The notes beneath the pieces are model-generated. The model was not told the DNA's origin, made no database searches, and was given only the letters and a program-made list of their open reading frames with translations. 64,000 nucleotides of DNA from Histomonas meleagridis 2922-C6/04-290x. Lineage: Eukaryota; Protista; Parabasalia. This document shows, piece by piece, positions 55,537 through 64,000 of this stretch; position 1 is the first letter of the stretch, and every line of letters starts with the position of its first letter. Position numbers and translations under genes: made by a program. The stretch covers positions 147,830 to 211,829 of the forward strand of contig JAANOX010000101.1 of NCBI GenBank assembly GCA_020184695.1, in the 5' to 3' direction.

Positions 55537-55962
55537 TTAATTATTTGCTTGATTTTCTTTTTCAAGCATCTCTTGAATCTGCATGAGCTGAACTTTAGCC
55601 AAGTTCCTTAGAACTGGTTGTCCTTTTTTTGTTTTCTTTCTTAACATCTCACGTGTTTTTTCTCTCTTTTGGCGTAGAATTTCTGCTTCTTTTTTACGTT
55701 TTTCAATAATTTCTCTATTTTTAATATTATCATAATATTCAGCCATTTTCCCACAAAGGTACTCAAGGCGCACCTTTTGAAGTGATCTGATTTTCCCTTT
55801 TAATGCGAGATCTGCTAATTCAAAAAATTCTGATTTTAATTTAGAATCTGGTAATATTGATAAATCAACATCTTCACGAACCAGCATTTGTGCGGCCTTC
55901 ACTAATGCCGGATCTATAACTTTTGGTTGATCTTTCTTCTTTTTTGTTTCTTTTTTGCTCAT
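55537..55962 (-). CDS. Basic protein, Fyv7/TAP26(CCDC59)-like
   Basis: C-terminal KKTKKGQPVL...L..I motif after a charged coil. Confidence 0.55.
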   Translation of the reverse strand: MSKKETKKKKDQPKVIDPALVKAAQMLVREDVDLSILPDSKLKSEFFELADLALKGKIRSLQKVRLEYLCGKMAEYYDNIKNREIIEKRKKEAEILRQKREKTREMLRKKTKKGQPVLRNLAKVQLMQIQEMLEKENQANN

Positions 55963-56376
55963 TTTTACTTGACCAAGAGAACGTTAACATCAATAGCGAA
56001 AATTATTTTTGTCATTATATCATTATTTGACGAAATTCCCATAAGCAAAAATAAACCCATATTAGCATGTCATGAGGTATGGAAATAAATTCAATTTTTC
56101 ATATGATCTCATCGATCAATATTTTTTTATTCATTCAGAATCATAGTAATCTTCTCAAAGCAAGTGAGAATCAAATTTAACTAAAATTTACATATTATTA
56201 CAAGATTTTAATTTAACGAAAAGTAAATCTTAAAGTTAAGAAAAGAAAAAACCTTTGCAAAATTGATGTAATACCAAAATTACCTCTGAAGCTTCACTTA
56301 GTAACGACGATAAAATGCAATTAAAAATGAAAAGAATAAATCCAATTCGTATCTTATCACATTTTTAATAATTCAC

Positions 56377-57459
56377 TCACTGATATATATCGAAGAATTG
56401 TGAAATTTCCATCAGCTCTCTTTGAAGCACTTGCATTGGAGGGTTGAAGAACTTTTCGATTGCGTTTTCTGTAATCTTTTTCCAATCTCTCTTTTTTTCG
56501 AATTCTTCGAGCATCTCAGGGTATTGCTCTATTATAGCTGAGAACTTAGGCTGTGGAACTTCGTTCACTCTGAGATATTGTATCATTCGGCGGAGACCGT
56601 TAAGAGGAGGCAACTGATCAATCAAAACTTCGCTTAGCAAACTCTCGACGTCAATAATTGCTTGCTTTCTGTGATCGTTCCACTTTGTTAACTCAAGGCA
56701 TCTCGGCTCAAGAAGTTGTTGTAGTGATGTCCATGCATGTGCTTCAGGTGGACAAACGCGTAAAGCTTCAGCAGGTTTGAGTTCTTTAAGCTCACCATTA
56801 AACCATTTTATGACTTTTCCTCGACGAACAGTTCGCCATGGTTGTTTCATGATAAGTGCACAAATGGTCATAACAACATCGTCTTCGGAAACTAGACGCT
56901 TAGTAACAGTAATAGATATGTCAGGACAACTTGCAAGACACCAAATAATGGATAAGGATGAAAATCCAAATGAAAATATATTGCGTACTTCTTCACTTGG
57001 GTTCTCGGTGAGAAGTTCAGAAAGATCATGGTTAAGGACTTGAGCCATTTTGTTATTGCAAAAATCAATTAATGGAAGTAAACCTTCACTAGAAAGATCA
57101 TCTGGATGAAAAACAACAAGTTCCAACAGATTCATAATGGAAATGGCACTTCTTTCTGTCATATAAATGCGAGCAAATGCCATTTTTGGTGAATGCTCTT
57201 TGATTGATGACATACAATTCTTAAGCCATAAATCAACAGCAAGAAGCTCATGAACAAGAACTTCAAATTTATCAAAAGAATTGATGGCATCAACCACTTT
57301 TTCGAATTGATTATTTGCAGCTTGAGCATGTGCACAAACGTTTAATCTTTCAATATTCAGCGTTTGCTGAAGCCAAGCTGGGCTCCCAATTTCTTCAATC
57401 GGAAATTTACGTAAGTTTTCAACATAATGCTCTATTTCGCTGTTTGAGAGATTAGCCAT
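56377..57459 (-). CDS. ZMYND10(BLU)-like protein lacking the MYND finger
   Basis: LRKFPIEEIGS.AW.QQ..NIERLN...LVHELLAVDLW N-terminus and PW...E-GQ-type middle region; no CxxC at the C-terminus. Confidence 0.7.
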   Translation of the reverse strand: MANLSNSEIEHYVENLRKFPIEEIGSPAWLQQTLNIERLNVCAHAQAANNQFEKVVDAINSFDKFEVLVHELLAVDLWLKNCMSSIKEHSPKMAFARIYMTERSAISIMNLLELVVFHPDDLSSEGLLPLIDFCNNKMAQVLNHDLSELLTENPSEEVRNIFSFGFSSLSIIWCLASCPDISITVTKRLVSEDDVVMTICALIMKQPWRTVRRGKVIKWFNGELKELKPAEALRVCPPEAHAWTSLQQLLEPRCLELTKWNDHRKQAIIDVESLLSEVLIDQLPPLNGLRRMIQYLRVNEVPQPKFSAIIEQYPEMLEEFEKKRDWKKITENAIEKFFNPPMQVLQRELMEISQFFDIYQ

Positions 57460-57579
57460 TAATTTCTACTTTTTGTACGTTTTTTTCTCTTTTACATAAA
57501 CTATTCAACAACATTTCCTTACAAAAAATTGTATGTGATTATCAATTTTTGTCACTTTAAATACGTTAGTTTTCATGTA

Positions 57580-58278
57580 ATGGAAAATAACATTTCAGAT
57601 AACCTGGCTGCTTACAATGAAAGAAATGTCAGGATAAGAGAATCTGTAATGGGTGATGGAAAAGAAGGAAAGCCGACCAAAAAAAGGTTATATAAGCCAA
57701 ATGTATCATTACATAAAAGTTTCGAAAAAGAAGTTGAACAAGGAGTATATAACCCCACTCAAGAAGAAGTAGATCAACTTGTTTTAATACCTCATTTTGA
57801 TAATGTTAAGTTTCATGATTTTAGTAATTTTGTCACAGAAAAAGATATCAAATCAAAAAAACGAAAATCTGTTCCTATTGATCTAACAAAAGAAGAATAC
57901 AATAGGATTCGTGCAAAAGCTAAAGGACTTGCAAAAGTTGATTATGCTCGGATTTCCAAAAAAAATTCTTTCAATTCTAACCTATCAGATATCAATGATA
58001 TCAAAAATGTTGGGGACGTTAGAGTTATTAAAGAAGCGATAAGAAAATTCCGAAAAGATGTTGAAAATGTTGAAAAGCAGAATCAAATTCTAGAAGAACA
58101 TCTCAGACTTCTAGACAAAGCAAAAGGAATTTTAGTTACCACAGCTAAATGTTCAATAGAAACAATTCGATATGAGCAAAATCTTATCGAAAACTACTAT
58201 CAACAAAATCCCAATGAACAGCAAATTTCATTTCCTGATATTTCATATTACTCTCGTTTGGTTTCTTCATTTGCGTGA
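57580..58278 (+). CDS. Hypothetical protein with a coiled-coil C-terminus
   Basis: Open ORF; start taken at MENNIS. Confidence 0.65.
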   Translation: MENNISDNLAAYNERNVRIRESVMGDGKEGKPTKKRLYKPNVSLHKSFEKEVEQGVYNPTQEEVDQLVLIPHFDNVKFHDFSNFVTEKDIKSKKRKSVPIDLTKEEYNRIRAKAKGLAKVDYARISKKNSFNSNLSDINDIKNVGDVRVIKEAIRKFRKDVENVEKQNQILEEHLRLLDKAKGILVTTAKCSIETIRYEQNLIENYYQQNPNEQQISFPDISYYSRLVSSFA

Positions 58279-58325
58279 TTTGAAATAAGTATTGTAAAGT
58301 TGTGTTTATTTATAAAAATAATAAC

Positions 58326-58562
58326 CTAATCAATTTTTTGTTCAGTATCATTATTAACCGAAAGCAATGGTTGTGTTGATAAAGCTCCACCTGTGCTAAG
58401 TGGCTTAATGCATAAAATAAGAACAGAGCCCAACATTAATAAAATTCCAAATGCACATACTAACATAACACCTAATGTTGAAGGAACTCCTGATATTGCT
58501 GTTGGCTGTGGAGTAGGGGTTGTTGTATTTTCTGCCATATAAGCCAAAAACAAAAGCAACAT
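58326..58562 (-). CDS. Small single-pass membrane protein
   Basis: T/P-rich ectodomain, TM helix, short tail. Confidence 0.55.
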   Translation of the reverse strand: MLLLFLAYMAENTTTPTPQPTAISGVPSTLGVMLVCAFGILLMLGSVLILCIKPLSTGGALSTQPLLSVNNDTEQKID

Positions 58563-58746
58563 TTTTTTTACTTGGGTTATTAATACGATAAAGTAATTTA
58601 GATACTTTACATTTTGTATCGAAGTGGGTTGATCGTCAAAACTGACATGTTGTAAATTAGTACGTTAATTTTTCACTGGTAAAATAAAGCATAGAAATTT
58701 CAATATCTATTCAAATACGGTTCATCGTTTTCGTCCAATTTTTCTC

Positions 58747-59985
58747 ATGGGTTTCTTGGCCGAAATCTTGCTTGCTGCAGCCATGCTTGCTTCAGGATCT
58801 CTGAACACGATTGCAAAGAAGATCATGTATCAAACGAAAGGAAAGAATATAGATGGAGAGCTTGAATATTATTCGAAACCATGGCTATGTACATTTGTTA
58901 TGTTTTGTGGTGAATCTATGTGCATGGTAATATTCTATTTGTTTGCGCTTTACTATAAATGCACGAAACCAACCGATGGTGGCACAGTTAGTTCAATTTC
59001 TGAGATTGCGCCAGAAAGCAATGAAGCCAAAATTGTTTTTGTTTCACGTGAAGAAGTTAATTCAGATCCTACTGGTGGTCTGCGTTGGAAGTTTCCATTC
59101 TGTGTAACATTATTTGCACTTTGCGATTTATTATCTACCACTCTTACTGGTATTGGTCTTGTTTATTGCAACGCCTCTGTTGTACAAATTCTTCGTGGCT
59201 TTGTTATAGTTTTCACCATGATCAATGGCCGCATATTTCTTAAGCGTATTCCAACACTTCATCATATTTTAGGTGTTGTTTTTGCCATTGTTGGTCTTGC
59301 TATTGTCGGTACCTCAGCAGTTCTCAGCGACAAGAGTTCTAGCGGACATAGCATCAAAGATACCTTTCTTGGAATTGGACTTGTTATAGTTGCACAAATC
59401 TTCAGTTCCATTCAGTTTGTCTTTGAAGAGAAACTTCTTAAGCAAAACACCAGCAAGACCGGACCAATTCCATCACTATTTCTTGTTGGTTCCGAAGGTA
59501 TTGCAGGCGCCATATTAAGTATAGCTGTTGCATTACCAGTAACAAATGCTATCCCTGGCAATGACCATGGTTCATATGAAAATATGAAAAACTCATTTTA
59601 TATGATGTTCCATAATCCATTAATTACAGGTTTGCAATTCCTTTATTTCGTTTCCATTGCATTCTTTAACTGGTTTTCATTTGTTTATTCAAAGGCTCTT
59701 TCAGCAACAGCTCGTACGCTTGTGGATGCTTGCAGAACTATTTTGGTTTGGATTGTTATGGTTATTGTCTTTTACTCTGTCCCAAGTAGGATATATGGCG
59801 AAGGCGTTTCATTATATTCGATTTTGCAATGTTTCGGTTTTGTACTTATGATGTTAGGTACAACAACACACAATAACATCGCAAACTTCGGCGTGAAAAT
59901 TACTTCATGCTGCAAGAAACCCGAAGATAATGTTAATCAACAACCATTACTTATTACGACTGATGAAAAAGAAGGGAATAAATAA
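58747..59985 (+). CDS. SLC35F6-like drug/metabolite (nucleotide-sugar-type) transporter
   Basis: KPWLCTFVMFCGE, ASVVQILRG, VFEEKLL, LVGSEG, ARTLVDACRT motifs; about 10 TM helices. Confidence 0.8.
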   Translation: MGFLAEILLAAAMLASGSLNTIAKKIMYQTKGKNIDGELEYYSKPWLCTFVMFCGESMCMVIFYLFALYYKCTKPTDGGTVSSISEIAPESNEAKIVFVSREEVNSDPTGGLRWKFPFCVTLFALCDLLSTTLTGIGLVYCNASVVQILRGFVIVFTMINGRIFLKRIPTLHHILGVVFAIVGLAIVGTSAVLSDKSSSGHSIKDTFLGIGLVIVAQIFSSIQFVFEEKLLKQNTSKTGPIPSLFLVGSEGIAGAILSIAVALPVTNAIPGNDHGSYENMKNSFYMMFHNPLITGLQFLYFVSIAFFNWFSFVYSKALSATARTLVDACRTILVWIVMVIVFYSVPSRIYGEGVSLYSILQCFGFVLMMLGTTTHNNIANFGVKITSCCKKPEDNVNQQPLLITTDEKEGNK

Positions 59986-60139
59986 AAGATAGTTTTATAT
60001 AAAAGACAACATAATATTTTATTATCATTTTTATAAATTTCTTTAACTAAAATAGTAGAGAATAAATATATACAAAAATTTCTAAATATAAACCATTATT
60101 ATTAATGATATATTAATTATACTCTAAAGTAAACAGAAA

Positions 60140-60211
60140 TCGCTGATAGTGTAATGGTTATCATGTAGGATTGTCGTTCCTGTGATCCGGGTTCGATTCC
60201 CGGTCAGCGAG
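60140..60211 (+). tRNA. tRNA-Asp(GTC)
   Basis: Acceptor TCGCTGA/TCAGCGA, loop TT-GTC-GT, GTTCGATT, T6 terminator. Confidence 0.9.
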
Positions 60212-60791
60212 TTTTTTATTTCTTTTTTTAATTATTATGATTTTTTATTCTATTCCTATTTTAAAATCGATCAATCGATCGATAAATTTCAATAAAAAAT
60301 AATTGACTTTCTGTTTGAAAGAGGCTTGATATAATATTTTTGATCAGGATTAATTTCAATTGGTTTATAACCAAACCTAAGTAGCTACTTCGTAATTTTT
60401 CATTCTCTATATGATACATGAAATCATTTTTGTGTACCTACAAAATAATATTTGTTCACTTGTTAAAACAAATTTTTCTAATAACATTTTACTTGTAAGT
60501 ATTTATATTTTATTTCTATTATCAGATTCACATGTTTTCCAAAAAAATTGATGATAATTGAAAGACTTAATTATCAAAAAACAATTCAAAACCACAATAA
60601 AGTTAATTGTAAATTATACTGAGTAAGTAAAAATCGAAAAAATAATAAAAGAAATTTTTTTTTATCGAAAAGCAAAGATATGATCAAAGACTAATTTAAA
60701 TTTAGATCATTAAAATTTAATGGAAAATCACATACATTTTAAAATAGGAATAGAATAAAAAATCATAATAATTAAAAAAAGAAATAAAAAA

Positions 60792-60863
60792 CTCGCTGAC
60801 CGGGAATCGAACCCGGATCACAGGAACGACAATCCTACATGATAACCATTACACTATCAGCGA
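60792..60863 (-). tRNA. tRNA-Asp(GTC), identical inverted copy
   Basis: Exact reverse complement of 60140-60211. Confidence 0.85.
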
Positions 60864-61133
60864 TTTCTGTTTACTTTAGAGTATAATTAATATATCATTA
60901 ATAATAATGGTTTATATTTAGAAATTTTTGTATATATTTATTCTCTACTATTTTAGTTAAAGAAATTTATAAAAATGATAATAAAATATTATGTTGTCTT
61001 TTATATAAAACTATCTTTTATTTATTCCCTTCTTTTTCATCAGTCGTAATAAGTAATGGTTGTTGATTAACATTATCTTCGGGTTTCTTACAAAATGGAA
61101 TTTCAAACAAAACAAATAAATTTATTTTTATTT

Positions 61134-62843
61134 TTATAATACAAATTTATTTTGATAATTGCTCTTTTCCCTTCTGATGTTTTTCATGAAAATCGCCACA
61201 ATCAGCATTACCAAAGCCAAAAACAACAAAATTGCAACAGGACTTCTATCTAAGACCGTACTATAGTTGTACACATCATCTTTTTCCAGTATCGAAGGTT
61301 CCATTTCTGGTGGCACATCAATATCCAATGCTGTAAGTATTGATGCAGCAATGTTTCCCAAGAATGGCGCCTTTCCATATTTTAGTTGTTTAATCCTAAA
61401 CCCTTTAAGGTTAGTTAGGAAAGGAACGTTGTTTACTGTATGATCTGTTTGTTTGCTTCCATCAAGATTAATATTTTCTTCTCCATTTCCATGATCACCT
61501 GTTACAAACAAAGCATAACCATTGCCTTCACACGCATTATAGATTTCGCCGACTTTCTCATCTACAAATTCAATCGCTTTCTTCACTGCAGTAAGGTTGC
61601 CGAGGTGACCTGTTGCATCAACATTTGCAAAGTTTACAACGATCAGTTTGAACTTTTTCTGTTTGATGGCGGTTATGACACGCGATGCGACAAGTGAAGC
61701 ATTCATTTGTGGGTGAAGATCTGCTTGATCATCAGGGACAGATTCTATGTCTATGATTCGTTCTTCTAATGGGAATATTGGCTGTAAAATACCACCAGAG
61801 AAAAATGTGGTGACATGTGGTCTTTTGTATTTTTCAGCTATTCGAAGTTGACGAAAACCTTTTTGGGATATCCAAGATCCAAGGCTATTCGGATATTCCA
61901 CTGCTGGGATTACAGTCGGAATATCTTGAAATGACTTATCATATAATATAAGAGGAACAATTTTGACGTTATTTGGAAGAGGAGGACAACCATCTAAACC
62001 CCTAATGAAAGCTTTTGCAATTTGATATGTTTTATCCTCTCTAAAGTTGAAAATAACAAGGACATCATCATTCCTAATAATTGCATCTTTATCAAAAAGA
62101 ATTGGTTTAAAGACAGGAGATGGAACATGAAATGAATCAATGAATACTTCTGCTGATTTTTGGTTCGTTAAGTTTGCATATTTGGGATCAAGAAGAGATT
62201 GATATGATTCTGCTGTTTTATGCCAGTTGAAGTTTTTATCCATTGCCGTCGAACTGCTATGGACCGAAGCAATTTCGGCTGTAAAGTTTGATGGGGCTTG
62301 TTCTTGGAGATATTGGAAATAATAAGAAGTTGGATGAGTGAGACTATTAATCATACAATGAACATAAACCCTGGAAATACCTTCTTCTTTTGCTGCTTGA
62401 AACATCGGATTAAGAAATTTGGAATGGGCGAAAACAGCGGAATTTGTACATTCACCAAAAAAGTGAACTCTTGAATTTTTGCTTTTGGCTTGCCTAAACG
62501 ATTGTCTTAGAAGAGTATTATTGATAAGTGAAGTTTTAGCATTTGGTTGAAGTGATGTTTCAAGATATTGAAAATAACTTGGTGTTGTTCGACCAAGACC
62601 AATAGTTTGATGGCCAACAGCACTACTTCCTGGTTCTCCACGAATTAATCCAACAGGTTGCTGTGCTGCAACTAAAGAAGCATAAGGATAATTAAATTTA
62701 AGAAAATCAAGATTTGGTGTTCGAGCTCCTCCAAGGCCATTCCCTTGAGGCCACGCACTTTCTCCCGTACCATCAATGATACAAAGAACTGCGCCATCTG
62801 GTTTTTGTCTAATTTGAAGAAAGAAAATAAAAAGCCCAAACAT
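61134..62843 (-). CDS. Cofactor-independent phosphoglycerate-mutase-like protein with a signal peptide and C-terminal TM anchor
   Basis: IIDG, GEPGSSAVGH, NFANVDATGH, TGDHGN and TDHT metal/phosphoserine motifs; hydrophobic N- and C-termini. Confidence 0.8.
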   Translation of the reverse strand: MFGLFIFFLQIRQKPDGAVLCIIDGTGESAWPQGNGLGGARTPNLDFLKFNYPYASLVAAQQPVGLIRGEPGSSAVGHQTIGLGRTTPSYFQYLETSLQPNAKTSLINNTLLRQSFRQAKSKNSRVHFFGECTNSAVFAHSKFLNPMFQAAKEEGISRVYVHCMINSLTHPTSYYFQYLQEQAPSNFTAEIASVHSSSTAMDKNFNWHKTAESYQSLLDPKYANLTNQKSAEVFIDSFHVPSPVFKPILFDKDAIIRNDDVLVIFNFREDKTYQIAKAFIRGLDGCPPLPNNVKIVPLILYDKSFQDIPTVIPAVEYPNSLGSWISQKGFRQLRIAEKYKRPHVTTFFSGGILQPIFPLEERIIDIESVPDDQADLHPQMNASLVASRVITAIKQKKFKLIVVNFANVDATGHLGNLTAVKKAIEFVDEKVGEIYNACEGNGYALFVTGDHGNGEENINLDGSKQTDHTVNNVPFLTNLKGFRIKQLKYGKAPFLGNIAASILTALDIDVPPEMEPSILEKDDVYNYSTVLDRSPVAILLFLALVMLIVAIFMKNIRREKSNYQNKFVL

Positions 62844-63399
62844 CTGAAAAAATAAAATTTTTTTGCTTTTTCGATATCAAATAAAAAATGGATTCATGGT
62901 ATAAGAAACATAATATTATGAGATCATTTTTTTTGTAATATATTCTCAATTTAATCTTTATCTTTAAAATTTTTTTAATCATTTGGGAATTCTGATGAAA
63001 TGTTCTAGAAGATTCTCTATATGCATATAAAGCCCAAGAAGTATTTTAACAATTTCATTTGAAAATATAATATTTATACATATTTTTTAGATATAGGTTA
63101 GTTTGAACCTTTAAAGGTTCTAAAAATTAGCGGGAAAAAAAATTTATAAAAATTTTGATCTGTATTAAGTTATTCCTCATCTTTTCTGTGATTCATGAAA
63201 TCTTTGCCATTTATCACTTCATTTGGTATGAATAGCAGACATGGTCAACGTCAAATTTTTTGATTGTTTTTTCCACTTTTCAACGTTGGGCGTGCAAAAA
63301 TCGTAACGAAGACACATTACTTTTTTTTTTATCGTTAGAAAAAGGGGCGTTTTTTTCGTTCCGTTTTTTTAACGTTGCCCAATTCTGATGAACACTTCC

Positions 63400-64000
63400 A
63401 CTTCCCCAAACACAGAAACATTAAATAATCTTGAAAACATAATATTTAGCTTAAATAAAGAAAATTTAGATCTTTCCATCCAACAAACAATGAATTTTTT
63501 CGATAAGAATTTCTACTTTTCTTTTAATGTAATTTAGTATATTCAGCATTTTTATCTCAACAAACCCCATATGATTTATATTTTGATTATTTAAAAGGAA
63601 TTCAAAAGAAAGAAGAAGAAATAATTCAAACTAATCCAAGCATAATTTAAAAATTATATTTTAGGAATTACATCACAAGAAGCATATTATTTACTTGATA
63701 AAATGATACAACAACAATTAGCAGATGAAGATATAGTTAAAAATATTCAATCAAAATATTTTATACATTATAAAAAAGATAAAGGAAATAATTCACAGTT
63801 ATAACTTGTACAACATATAGAGGAAATAATAATCAGGGTAACCAATGGGGCCCCAGTAATACATCTGGAGAAAGCAATAATACTGATCAGAAAATTGAAA
63901 GAGCATTTACATCAAATTATAGACAGCTTTCACAGAATAATTGGGAACTTCATAAGAAATATATTAAAGAAGGACACAGTCCAAGTAAAATTGCGAAAAT
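63400..64000 (+). pseudogene. 5' part of another DUF3447/ankyrin paralogue, frameshifted
   Basis: Fragments LENIIFSLNKENL...YFDYLKGIQ...SQEAYYLLDKMI...NWELHKKYIKEG in shifting frames. Confidence 0.6.

Larger units (their letters stand above)
59914..61089. repeat. 354-bp perfect inverted duplication (59914-60267 / 60736-61089) with a 468-bp spacer
   Basis: The arms are reverse complements and contain the 3' end of the transporter gene plus tRNA-Asp. Confidence 0.9.

Noticed and set aside
14375-59851. Numerous 60-110 aa ORFs antisense to or overlapping real genes (e.g. 14375-14671, 22089-22361, 47911-48249, 51562-52203, 56777-57043)
   Set aside because: Shadow frames of longer genes, with no independent motifs.

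Overview
AT-rich, gene-dense eukaryotic DNA that looks parabasalid (Trichomonas/Tritrichomonas/Histomonas-like). The basis is a BspA-type LRR gene, DUF3447-like+ankyrin paralogues, intron-free housekeeping genes, Pol III tRNA genes and a pogo-like transposon; the species cannot be called from sequence alone. The window has about 30 protein-coding loci, 5 tRNA genes, a decayed TA-flanked DNA transposon, a 354-bp perfect inverted duplication and a bacterial-type amino-acid racemase. Main result: in seven ankyrin loci the D-x-x-G-x-T beta-hairpin linker of almost every repeat is not encoded contiguously. Each linker codon is a single 3-nt island preceded by a 17-nt AT-rich intervening sequence without GT-AG ends, so a typical linker is 4 x (17+3) = 80 nt and the repeat period is 170 nt. 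Reading only the triplets at spacer offsets 18-20, 38-40, 58-60 and 78-80 restores textbook ankyrin hairpins (KD-HDG-STPL, RN-DEG-STAL, TD-KDG-WTPL, QN-NDG-QTAL). By hand count of 45 linkers, 31 are 80 nt, 4 are 63 nt (one 17-mer precisely missing), 38 have Gly at the Gly position, and none of the decoded triplets is a stop. This suggests an uncharacterised fixed-length RNA-processing or recoding system acting on the ankyrin binding surface. The pattern is seen directly; the mechanism is inference.
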